From Candidatus Poseidoniales archaeon (GTDB lineage Archaea > Thermoplasmatota > Poseidoniia > Poseidoniales > Poseidoniaceae), in NCBI GenBank assembly GCA_003602475.1, contig QQSC01000016.1, forward strand, positions 83,675 through 147,674: DNA of 64,000 nt, given 5' to 3'. Positions 15,730 to 24,160 of the stretch are shown here, piece by piece (position 1 is the first letter of the stretch; every line of letters starts with the position of its first letter). The notes under the pieces were generated by a model. It saw nothing but the letters and a program-made list of their open reading frames with translations. It did no database searches and was not told the DNA's origin. Both the position numbers and the translations under genes were made by a program.

Positions 15730-16730
15730 CAGTAGGCACCTCCGGCAGGCGGGGATGCACCGGATTTCGTTACACCCGAGTCTGTATCACAGGTCTCACC
15801 CTCTTTGGCAACGACCATGACTTGGCCGTACATCAGAGAGTGTTGAGCGCCGCAGTATTCAGCACAGCGGATGGGGAATGTTCCAGGGTCATCGGCCTCC
15901 ACGGTCATCACGGTGCCGCCCTCAATTCCGGGCACAAGGTCCTCTTTCACACCCCACTCAGGAAGCCAGAAGGAGTGCTGAACGCCGATGTAGTTCGGGT
16001 TGGAATCGTCGGAGGGCTGAGAGTGCATGGTGAACACGGTGTCAACGTCACACGGAATGATCATGTCTTCACCAAGGGCTGATGAAAAGGAAAACATGTT
16101 CCCGTTGGGGTCAATCCCGGGAATGTGCATCCACGTGTGAATGACTTCTCCTTCGGCGTTGGTGACTTCTACGCTTGCGAATGCTCGGATGCTGAAGGAG
16201 TAGTTCGCCGCTGCGCCTAGGCCTGTGGCGGAATCGATGGGATAGTCCAGAGCGTTGCCTGCTACATCAACAGAGAAGTTGGTGGCTTCGGTGCCCGTGG
16301 CGTTCACCAACACGAAACCATCGGCCCAGGTAACATCAATGCCGGTGATTCGGGGGTCGTCTTCCCAGGTGAGGGGGTCTTCGTAATGGAATTCCCAGAA
16401 CCACTGCTTGCCGATGATGGTCATGTTTTGGGCATCCTCTTCGTCGGGGATTGTCCACGCTGCGGTGTTGGAGGCAAGGGCCATCATGATCAACCAAACG
16501 ACGATGAGACTGGGAAGGACGTAGAAGAACACCTCGAGACGTGTGTTGTGCCGATCAACAGGAAACGCACCAACCTCGATGTGGTCCAAATGCGTGGTGT
16601 CGGGCTCAACCCCTTCTCGGTAGCGCAAAATAGCCAAAAACATCCACCCAAAGGTGAAGATGCCGACAAGAATGGACCAGAACATGAATTTATCATAGAG
16701 AACGGAAAATACAGTATCTTCTGCTACCAT
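15729..16730 (-). CDS. coxB: cytochrome c oxidase subunit II (CuA) with ~100-aa insertion, no cytochrome c domain
   Basis: Two N-terminal TM helices, GKQWFWEFHYE, VQHSFWLPEWGVKEDLVPG, and CuA site CAEYCGAQHSLM. The stop overlaps the coxA ATG by 1 nt. Confidence 0.85.
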   Translation of the reverse strand: MVAEDTVFSVLYDKFMFWSILVGIFTFGWMFLAILRYREGVEPDTTHLDHIEVGAFPVDRHNTRLEVFFYVLPSLIVVWLIMMALASNTAAWTIPDEEDAQNMTIIGKQWFWEFHYEDPLTWEDDPRITGIDVTWADGFVLVNATGTEATNFSVDVAGNALDYPIDSATGLGAAANYSFSIRAFASVEVTNAEGEVIHTWMHIPGIDPNGNMFSFSSALGEDMIIPCDVDTVFTMHSQPSDDSNPNYIGVQHSFWLPEWGVKEDLVPGIEGGTVMTVEADDPGTFPIRCAEYCGAQHSLMYGQVMVVAKEGETCDTDSGVTKSGASPPAGGAY

Positions 16731-16944
16731 GCAATCACCCTGTTCTACCCGCCGTGATTGCCCTCCTTAAGGATTTGTTGAGGGGGGTTAGAATCGCGCG
16801 CTGTTTCCCTTTCACAAGGAAGCGATGAACGGGGGCCCACCCCCCAATTGTTTGGTAGGAACGCCCGACCAAACATCACACCTCGCAGGGGCCGCCCACC
16901 CACTGCTCGGAGCGGTTCATTTACCGTGCCGTTCTGGGACTGAC

Positions 16945-17277
16945 ATGGACCTCGGCGGGTGCTTGCGACCAACGCTTGATGGCGCTGTCCTGGTGGATGT
17001 TGAGGTTTTGCCGGGTTCGGACCGCCAAGGGTTCCAATCCTTCAACGAGTGGCGCAACCGGGTGAAGGTTGCCGTTCGAGCGCAGGCTCAACACGGCCGA
17101 GCCAACAACGCCGTCATGTCCGTCCTCTCCGCTCAACTTCGTTGCTCCTTGGCCGATCTTTCCATCCTGTCAGGTCAGACATCGCGACAGAAAACCATCC
17201 GAATTGAATCCATGGAAATCGATTGCATCGCTTTGAGAATACGTCAAGCACTGGGGGAGAACAATGGGAAATCGTGA
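16945..17277 (+). CDS. DUF167 (YggU/UPF0235) family protein
   Basis: Track ORF 16825..17277 trimmed to ATG 16945. VLVDVEVLPGSDRQG...VKVAVRAQAQHGRANNAV...LSILSGQTSRQKTIRI fits the DUF167 pattern (..P.a.r...apP.dGkAN.a...sG.tsR.K.v.i). Confidence 0.65.
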   Translation: MDLGGCLRPTLDGAVLVDVEVLPGSDRQGFQSFNEWRNRVKVAVRAQAQHGRANNAVMSVLSAQLRCSLADLSILSGQTSRQKTIRIESMEIDCIALRIRQALGENNGKS

Positions 17278-17752
17278 ACACGTTCGGGGCGGTTCCAACG
17301 CCTCAGAACGGTGGCTCGATGCAGCCGAAGCGTTGGCCACGGCACGAGAACGGAATCGGGTTCTCGAGGTTCCGTTGTTGGTTGAAGGAAAGCGAGACCA
17401 ACGGGCGCTTGTGCTGTTGGGATTTACCGGCCCGATCGAGCGACTCAACCGCGGATGGCCCCTTGAACGGGTGGTGACGCATTTGTTCGAACGGTACGGC
17501 GCACGTCACCCTGTAGACGGTGGACCAACCATCATGCTGCTGATGGACTGGGATCGCACGGGTGGGCGCCTCCAGCGCACACTGAGGGAGAAATTTTTGT
17601 CCTTTGATGCATCCGTGGACGAACAGCTCAGACGACGGTTGATGGTGGCCTTGAAACCCGAAACAAAAGTGGTGGAAGGCATGATTGGATTGATCGATGC
17701 ACTTCGTCCTCTGGTCGACAGGTTCGATCAAACGTCCTCAACATCGATGTGA
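17264..17752 (+). CDS. Toprim-domain protein (archaeal UPF0292-like)
   Basis: LLVEGKRDQRALVLLGF (Toprim Glu) and IMLLMDWDRTGGRL (DxD-type). Overlaps the DUF167 gene by 14 nt. GGGGGAG lies upstream of the ATG. Confidence 0.6.
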   Translation: MGNREHVRGGSNASERWLDAAEALATARERNRVLEVPLLVEGKRDQRALVLLGFTGPIERLNRGWPLERVVTHLFERYGARHPVDGGPTIMLLMDWDRTGGRLQRTLREKFLSFDASVDEQLRRRLMVALKPETKVVEGMIGLIDALRPLVDRFDQTSSTSM

Positions 17753-18189
17753 GGTGCGATGGTTTCCTTCACCGTGTTGAGCACCACGTGGGTGTAAGAG
17801 CGGCTCACGCCTTCAAGTGTAAACACGGTCTTGGTGAGGTTGTCCAAATCTTGCCGGTCCTTGACGCGAGCAAGAACGATGGAATCCCAATCGCCTGTGA
17901 CGTCGTACACAGCAAACACACGTGGGTCTGCAGCGATGCGTTGTTGCACGTCAATCATTCGGCCTTTCATGATGCGAAGCCCCGCCATGATGGTCATGCT
18001 CCAGCCAAGTGAAGCCGGAGATACCGTGGCCGTGTAACCCGTGATCACCCCGTCGTCTTCAAGCCGCTTGAGTCGGTTCGTGACCGTCCCTTGTGCCACG
18101 CCGAGTTGCTTGGCCAACTGCCGTTGACTGGTTCTGGCGTTGTTCTGAAGGGCTTGAAGGAGCCGTTGGTCCGTGCGGTCCAAGTTCAT
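17728..18189 (-). CDS. lrp: Lrp/AsnC family transcriptional regulator
   Basis: N-terminal HTH (LDRTDQRLLQALQNNARTSQRQLAKQLGVAQGTVTNRLKRLEDDGVI) plus a C-terminal RAM domain (VYDVTGDWDSIVLARVKD). Confidence 0.9.
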   Translation of the reverse strand: MNLDRTDQRLLQALQNNARTSQRQLAKQLGVAQGTVTNRLKRLEDDGVITGYTATVSPASLGWSMTIMAGLRIMKGRMIDVQQRIAADPRVFAVYDVTGDWDSIVLARVKDRQDLDNLTKTVFTLEGVSRSYTHVVLNTVKETIAPHIDVEDV

Positions 18190-18192
18190 GGG

Positions 18193-19326
18193 TCAAGGAC
18201 GCTCCTCAACGATTTCAACGCTTCCCAAGGTTGGGGTGGAAGCCGGATGCAGCCAAACATGGTGCTGCCACGCCCCCATTTCGTCAATATCGAGGGCCAA
18301 ATCCACATGACAATCCTCTTCCAGCATCCGAACGAAGGTGGCTCGAACGGTTCGAGTTTGTCCTGGCTGAAGTTCAATGTTGGGCGGGCGTCGGCGAAAT
18401 TTCCACGGTTCTCGAACCGTCCAGTCCTTCACGGTCAAGTTGGCCTTTCCGGCGACGACGGTGACTTCGAGGTCGTCTTCATTCCAGGAGGCGGTGACCA
18501 GAGGCATGCTGTGTTCTCGTCGGCGAACGTTGGTGAGAACGGTTCCAAGAACGGTGCATCCAACGGCCAGCAGTGCCACGGTTAGCCAGCGTTGTGATGT
18601 GGGTTCTAAGGTTCTGGAACTGGGGAGAGGGCCCTGCGTGTAGTACAGGAGGCCGGGGTCTTCTTCCCCTTCGAGAGATTGACCGAAAATGGCGATGGCA
18701 TATGTCCAACCTTCGCTCTTGTTGAGCAGGTCAATGCCAGCGGCCAACAGATGGTCTGCCGGCAATTGGAACGTGGCGGTGGTTTCGTTTCCTTCATTCA
18801 GGGCGAAGCCAACCTCTGGCCGCAATTCTCGGACCAGGTGGGTGGTGGTGCGGCGGTGATGATCGACGGCATGGTCTTCTTGCAACACGATGTAAGCAAT
18901 GGTCTGGTTGGACAGATTGGTTTGAGGTGAAATCTTCAGATCGAGTGCTATCCAACGCAAGTTTGCGCCGTCCGAACGAACCTCCACGGTCCCCTCAACA
19001 TTGATCGCGTTGCCTGACAGCAACGAATGGGATACCGTGTGGGTTTGATTCTCATGAGGTTGGTCTTGATCGTACTGCCTGAGTCGGTAGTTGGCATCGT
19101 CATCGGGCCAATCCGAGCCTGTTTCATCGCTCCATGTCCACCAGTGCCACGCTGCATAACCCCGGGTGTAGGACGCTGGTTCGTCGAGGTTCGGTGAAAG
19201 GAACACTTCGTCCAAGCCGATGAATTCGGTCTGCTCAATGGTTGCGCTCGCCTCAACCGTCATTTCTTGGGCGCCAACGACGGGAAATGCGAAGATCATC
19301 ACGAGAAACAGGGCAAGAAGCCTCAT
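18193..19326 (-). CDS. type-I membrane protein, unknown function
   Basis: Track ORF 18193..19536 trimmed to ATG 19326 (MRLLALFLVMIFAFPVVGAQE, signal peptide). That ATG overlaps the upstream methyltransferase stop as ATGA. One TM (WLTVALLAVGCTVLGTVL) and a cytoplasmic beta-rich tail of about 110 aa. Confidence 0.6.
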   Translation of the reverse strand: MRLLALFLVMIFAFPVVGAQEMTVEASATIEQTEFIGLDEVFLSPNLDEPASYTRGYAAWHWWTWSDETGSDWPDDDANYRLRQYDQDQPHENQTHTVSHSLLSGNAINVEGTVEVRSDGANLRWIALDLKISPQTNLSNQTIAYIVLQEDHAVDHHRRTTTHLVRELRPEVGFALNEGNETTATFQLPADHLLAAGIDLLNKSEGWTYAIAIFGQSLEGEEDPGLLYYTQGPLPSSRTLEPTSQRWLTVALLAVGCTVLGTVLTNVRRREHSMPLVTASWNEDDLEVTVVAGKANLTVKDWTVREPWKFRRRPPNIELQPGQTRTVRATFVRMLEEDCHVDLALDIDEMGAWQHHVWLHPASTPTLGSVEIVEERP

Positions 19327-21098
19327 TCTGTTTCCTCCTCGCTTCGCCATGGCAATCCCAATTTTCGCCGCAGAACATCTTGTTCGTTGCGATCGATCAT
19401 CAAGGTCACGCGCGCTCCAACCCACACCGAAATCGTTTCCATTTGACCCAACACTTGGCAGCGAATGAGGCAAGCGCCCGTCCTCATCGGCGGACCGCCC
19501 ACGTGTTCGACGAAGGCATCGACCATCGGCGCCCATCCCTGCAACAGTTCCTTGAAGGTGTCTTCGTCAACTTCGGTCACGTTTGCTGTCATTTGGTCGG
19601 CGTAAAGATAGAGGCTCTCCTGACGGGATCTCCAAGAATCCTTCTTCAGTGTGAACGCTGGTAAACCAACGTGGACGGTTTGAAGCGGATGAAAGGTACC
19701 TCCCGGCCATGCATCGCCCTTGTTGGTGGGGCACAACGGATCGAACAATCGGGAACGCACGGTTTTTGGGGCGATGTTGAGGCGTTTGCCTCGCATCCAA
19801 ACAGAATGTTCTTCCAACGGCCAACCGTACAACGCTTCGATTTGCTGCACGATCTCCGGGTCGGCTTCCACCACAGAATTTGATGTCGTACGGGGCATAG
19901 GACGGAGGTGAATGGGTTCGGTGGTGTCTCGCTGGCGCTCGCGCCGAGAGTGGTACGTGGGCGCTTTGGTTCGCCCCGTGTCCGCTTTGTGTGCGAACAG
20001 GGCAAGGAAAAATCCACCCGTGTCGTGGTCGTTGTGCCACAACCGTTTGCATTTGCCCAAGTTTGATTCGATGGTGCGTTCCATGGACTGGTCAACATCC
20101 TCCACGGTGCGTATCCGGTCTTCGGGTGAAAGTTGAGACGCATCAAAAAAGTGGAGTTCGGGCCACGATGAATCGGTGACAGGGTGACCCTTCTCGTCGA
20201 GCATGTCCCAAGCCGTTAATCCGTTGTGCAGAACCAGCCCAGGAAGCATGTCCTCGGTGATTTCGAGAAGCTCAAGATGCGGGCACCGCCGAAGGAGTTC
20301 AGCGACCACGGCTTCGTTCTCAACCGGGTCGACGCTGCAGGTTGAAACAACAAGTTGCCCTCCGGGTGCCAGCAGATTGGCGCCGCGGCTGGCAATTTCG
20401 ACCTGCATGGTGAACATCTTCCGCCCCTCCTTTGGCGTCCAATCCCACCACACGTCCCTGTTTTTCCGCGTGGTCGCCGTCCCCGTACAGGGCACATCGG
20501 CAACGACCAAGTCAAATCCGGGCGGAGGGATGCGTGCAAAATGACGACCGTCGTGTTGAGAAACGACCATGTTGGCCAATCCGAGACGGCTGCGATTGCT
20601 CACCAACATGTTCAGCCGACCCGACACCGGTTCATTGGCCACGACCACACCGTTGGGGTGCAGGCGTTCAGCCAACTGCGTGGCTTTTGATCCCGGAGCA
20701 GCGCACATGTCCAAGGCGAGGTGATGCTGGTGTGAATCCAACAGGGGGACCGGGAGCATGCTTGCGGCTTCTTGACGTGTGATTCTTCCCGTTTCGTGCA
20801 AGATGGCCATCAGCCGTTTAGCATCGCCTTCAGGTGCCCGTCCGCGCGCAAACGGCATGGTGTAGGCTGACCCGTGCGGCAACCAAGGCATGGGTGTGCC
20901 TCCCAGGGCTTCGACCTGCTCAAGCGTCCAAGCACGGTCGGGTCGATGTGGAGAGACGCGGAAGGTTTCTGGCAACGGTTTCAGGGCAAACGAAAGCCAC
21001 TGTTCTGCATCGCGACCCAAGGCCCGAACCATGTTCGTCAACGGCGCGGTTTGTGCGAAGTTACGCCGTTCTTCATCACGGTCCGTTGGGCCCCTCAC
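19323..21098 (-). CDS. RsmB/RsmF/NOP2-Sun family RNA cytosine-C5 methyltransferase with C-terminal extension
   Basis: SAM motifs DMCAAPGSKATQL, VVANE and ADVPCTGTATTRKNRDVWWDW. Confidence 0.85.
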   Translation of the reverse strand: MRGPTDRDEERRNFAQTAPLTNMVRALGRDAEQWLSFALKPLPETFRVSPHRPDRAWTLEQVEALGGTPMPWLPHGSAYTMPFARGRAPEGDAKRLMAILHETGRITRQEAASMLPVPLLDSHQHHLALDMCAAPGSKATQLAERLHPNGVVVANEPVSGRLNMLVSNRSRLGLANMVVSQHDGRHFARIPPPGFDLVVADVPCTGTATTRKNRDVWWDWTPKEGRKMFTMQVEIASRGANLLAPGGQLVVSTCSVDPVENEAVVAELLRRCPHLELLEITEDMLPGLVLHNGLTAWDMLDEKGHPVTDSSWPELHFFDASQLSPEDRIRTVEDVDQSMERTIESNLGKCKRLWHNDHDTGGFFLALFAHKADTGRTKAPTYHSRRERQRDTTEPIHLRPMPRTTSNSVVEADPEIVQQIEALYGWPLEEHSVWMRGKRLNIAPKTVRSRLFDPLCPTNKGDAWPGGTFHPLQTVHVGLPAFTLKKDSWRSRQESLYLYADQMTANVTEVDEDTFKELLQGWAPMVDAFVEHVGGPPMRTGACLIRCQVLGQMETISVWVGARVTLMIDRNEQDVLRRKLGLPWRSEEETE

Positions 21099-21169
21099 GG
21101 GTGTTGGTCAAGGCGTTCGTCTTTGGGTCTTCCGCCACGACCAAAAGGTGGGTGCCGTTGCTCCAACTC

Positions 21170-22507
21170 ATGCTGATGGAGGAGCAAGGGTGGCTGATGG
21201 CCCTGCTGTTCCTCTCTTGTGGGCTTTGGGCCATCTCTCCAATGCTGCCCGTTCATGAAGCCCGGCAACGCTGGTATCGGGCCGTGATGCACGCCCTCCC
21301 CGTTCTTGTTCTCTTCTCGATGCTCATCGACCGAGCGGGTGATTTGCTAAGCCACACCACGAATCACCCAGAGGTGGCCACCCTTCTCTTGAGCAGCGAT
21401 GGAACGGTTGCCCGCCTCCACGTCCTGTTCACCGGGCAAGGTGCTGTTGAGGGTGCAATGCTTAGTTTTCTGTTGTTTTCGGTGATGAGTCGCCACCTTC
21501 CGAGCCTGCGTGGAGCAAGCCTCGAGACCAAACTCGCCGTTCAACGACGGATGGTGGCTCATGCTGGGGTTTGGAGCATGGGGTTGTTGACGTTGCTTTT
21601 GCCTGAATCGCAGTATCAATCCATGACGGTGTTGCCCGGTGAGCCAACCCAACCCTTGGCTTCCTTCGCGGTCCTCGGTCTAGTTTTCTTGGTCACCTTG
21701 GTGCTCATCATGTCCGGCGAGATCATTGCTGCGACAGGACTGATGCCAACGACCAGAGAACCTGCTCTGTTGCTTCAGCGAGCGCTCATGAAAATGGCCG
21801 TCGCTTTGCCCTTGGCATGGTGGTGTTGGGCATCAACCGGAGTGGGGTTGAACGAATGGTGGCAACGCCCTGAATCGCATCTTTGGTGGGGCGTGGCAAT
21901 GATGGTGATGGTGTACGGCACCATGATGACCACCGTACATGCACCCGCCTTGCAGATGGAAGGCCGATGGCACACCCACCAACACCCAACCGAAACCTTG
22001 CTCTTGACCGTGATTGCTTCGCTGGTGGTGATGACGCTGTTGGCGTGGTCGGTGGCCGACGAGGCCGGTTTTCGGACCTCAACTGATGGCGCTTGGGTGT
22101 CCCTACGATTAACGGGAGCTTGGATGCTGGTGGTTGGGGGATGCATGACCCTTCCGACCCTCGGTTTGGACGCAGCACATCGGCCAGAGTTGTGGTGGTT
22201 CCGAATGGCGTTGTGTTGTGGAGTCCCGGTCGGTCTGGTCCTCACCGAAGACATGGTTTTGCTGGCTCAAGGAACGTTGGTTGCAGGTACATTGGCTCTT
22301 CTGTGGCCATGGTTTGTCGAACACCCTCACCTCCCATCGGCTCGAACCCGGGCCCTTCTGGGAGCCATCCTTGTGGTTGGGCTTAGCCTCGCTTTGGCAT
22401 GGAGTTCAATCTCATGGCCCTTGGTCATGGCAGCACAAGCCACGGTTTCAATCGGCGTTGCCGGTGGGCTGGTTTTGACCGTCCGCTCTCTTCCCTTGAC
22501 ATCCTGA
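21170..22507 (+). CDS. polytopic membrane protein, unknown function
   Basis: Track ORF 20834..22507 trimmed to ATG 21170, since the upstream part is antisense to the methyltransferase gene. About 12 hydrophobic helices. No family recognised. Confidence 0.55.
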   Translation: MLMEEQGWLMALLFLSCGLWAISPMLPVHEARQRWYRAVMHALPVLVLFSMLIDRAGDLLSHTTNHPEVATLLLSSDGTVARLHVLFTGQGAVEGAMLSFLLFSVMSRHLPSLRGASLETKLAVQRRMVAHAGVWSMGLLTLLLPESQYQSMTVLPGEPTQPLASFAVLGLVFLVTLVLIMSGEIIAATGLMPTTREPALLLQRALMKMAVALPLAWWCWASTGVGLNEWWQRPESHLWWGVAMMVMVYGTMMTTVHAPALQMEGRWHTHQHPTETLLLTVIASLVVMTLLAWSVADEAGFRTSTDGAWVSLRLTGAWMLVVGGCMTLPTLGLDAAHRPELWWFRMALCCGVPVGLVLTEDMVLLAQGTLVAGTLALLWPWFVEHPHLPSARTRALLGAILVVGLSLALAWSSISWPLVMAAQATVSIGVAGGLVLTVRSLPLTS

Positions 22508-22515
22508 AATCATCG

Positions 22516-22520
22516 TTTTT
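22516..22520 (+). terminator. oligo-T tract downstream of membrane protein gene
   Basis: TTTTT lies 9 nt after stop 22507. Archaeal termination commonly uses oligo-T. Confidence 0.25.
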
Positions 22521-22603
22521 GGGGTTGATGGCATCGCGATGGTTATAGGCAAAGCAATCGGAGAACCATTCGAAATCGCAAGATTTCAAGGGATGGGACC
22601 CTC

Positions 22604-22963
22604 ATGGCACGAGCCTTTCGAAGCGGCATAGAAGCGAAGCGTAAACTGGAGATGCCGTTGAAACAGCGCCGTTGGCCGACGGTTCAATCGGTCTTACGTC
22701 CGCTCAAACTCCGCGCTCATGCCACCCAATCAACCATGGGTCCAATGTCACCGGTTCCTTCTCTCGTTCGCATTGAAGACGAACATTGGGTGTTTGAACG
22801 CATCAATCAGTCGACCTTGGACGCCATGTCGCACCGATTGGTGCTGGCGGAGGGCGACCAGGAGACGGTGATCGGTGTGACACAAACCTTGGACACGGCT
22901 TTGATGGTCGCTCAGCGGATGGCTGAGCAAGAAGCTAAAGTGGTGTTGATTCAACCACTTTGA
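22604..22963 (+). CDS. hypothetical protein
   Basis: 119-aa ORF filling the gap before sec61-beta. No motif recognised. An internal start (MSPVPSLVRIEDEHW) is possible. Confidence 0.3.
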   Translation: MARAFRSGIEAKRKLEMPLKQRRWPTVQSVLRPLKLRAHATQSTMGPMSPVPSLVRIEDEHWVFERINQSTLDAMSHRLVLAEGDQETVIGVTQTLDTALMVAQRMAEQEAKVVLIQPL

Positions 22964-22965
22964 AC

Positions 22966-23157
22966 TCAAAACAGGTTCCAGATGGCTTGAACCACGCCTT
23001 GGTTGACGAGGTAAAAGAAACCTCCAAGGCCGATGCAGGCCAGGTAAACCTGTGCTGGAGTAATTTTCCACGATTCCTCAGATTCTTCATCAAAATAGCG
23101 AATCAAACCGGCTGCCTGCTGAATGCCGCTGCCGTCGTTCTTCTTCTTCGAAGCCAT
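22966..23157 (-). CDS. secG: preprotein translocase subunit Sec61-beta (archaeal SecG)
   Basis: 63 aa. AAGLIRYFDEESEESWKITPAQVYLACIGLGGFFYLV is the typical Sec61-beta pattern ('aGl.ryfde...i.P') followed by a tail-anchor TM. Confidence 0.8.
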   Translation of the reverse strand: MASKKKNDGSGIQQAAGLIRYFDEESEESWKITPAQVYLACIGLGGFFYLVNQGVVQAIWNLF

Positions 23158-23206
23158 GGGGACCGGTTCTAGCGAATGTCCTCCCCCTTATCAACGCGAC
23201 GCGCGG

Positions 23207-24049
23207 TCAAGCCTCCTCGAGCAGGGCCGCATAATCCACGAAGGTCACCTCAGCATTGGTTGATGGTGGCGTGTTTCCAATCGAAGGCATCGTTTTGTGG
23301 GGCTCAAAACTGGAAGGATTGGTGCTCGGGTTGAGGAGAATGAGGTTCCCCTCCACTCGTGCCAGTGCTCGCTCTACGGCTGTCGTGTGGTCTTCCAGAA
23401 GAGCCTTGCGTGCCACATGGAGGTCGTCCTCAATGGCCAGGTTGAGGGCTTCATCCTCTTCGTTGTCGGCACGTTGGCGCATATCCTCCCAACGGGTCTG
23501 GTACCCATGGATGGCTTCGTTGAGGTCATCACGTCCGCCATCAGCCAACCCCTGCCATTCAATTTCGTTGCTCTTGAGGTCGTGTTCAGGAAAGTGACGG
23601 TGCAGGAATCGCGAGGCACGGGATGGACGGGACCATTCCCAAGGCCGTTGACCCAAACTGCTTGCCACGTCAAGCACGAGTCGATTGCGAAGTGCCTTCG
23701 GTCCCTGAAGGTGGATGACGTTGAGATAACCAGCCGTCAACAATCCGAACCCCCAGTAGGGGCGAGACGTGATCGTGACGTGCAAGTCGCCGTTTTGGGT
23801 GGTCAATGACCAACGTTGTTCGTTGAATCCCGGTGTTTCCCCCACGGTCGGCGTCTCTGCGTTTTGCAGATGACCAAGCAGTGCAGTGGCCAAATCCCCC
23901 AAATAAAGCACGGTGTGCTGTCCGGTGAAGTGACGGTTCCGGAGAAGCCCATGGTTCGTGTCCACCTTGTGTGATGCACTGGCACGGCGAACTTGACCAA
24001 AGAGCACGCTTGTTGTGGTCGCATCAGGGTTGTTTTGGTGTTCGTTCAT
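23207..24049 (-). CDS. hypothetical protein
   Basis: Track ORF to GTG 24091. I prefer ATG 24049 (MNEHQNNPD), which is preceded by GGTGG. No family recognised. The C-terminal half is acidic and helical. Confidence 0.5.
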   Translation of the reverse strand: MNEHQNNPDATTTSVLFGQVRRASASHKVDTNHGLLRNRHFTGQHTVLYLGDLATALLGHLQNAETPTVGETPGFNEQRWSLTTQNGDLHVTITSRPYWGFGLLTAGYLNVIHLQGPKALRNRLVLDVASSLGQRPWEWSRPSRASRFLHRHFPEHDLKSNEIEWQGLADGGRDDLNEAIHGYQTRWEDMRQRADNEEDEALNLAIEDDLHVARKALLEDHTTAVERALARVEGNLILLNPSTNPSSFEPHKTMPSIGNTPPSTNAEVTFVDYAALLEEA

Positions 24050-24160
24050 GATGCCACCGTATGCTTCAACCTCATGACGGCCTCGGGCCACTTAAGCACC
24101 TCGGCTCAACAAGAGGAACATTCATCTACAGTCCCAATTCTCTTCCAGTTAGGTGGACAC

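Noticed and set aside
16731-16944. Structured or GC-rich stretch (gggggcccacccccc ... ttggtaggaacgcccgaccaa) between coxB and the DUF167 gene as a possible ncRNA or tRNA
   Set aside because: I could not fold a cloverleaf or any recognisable RNA family. It is more likely a promoter/5' UTR shared by divergent genes.
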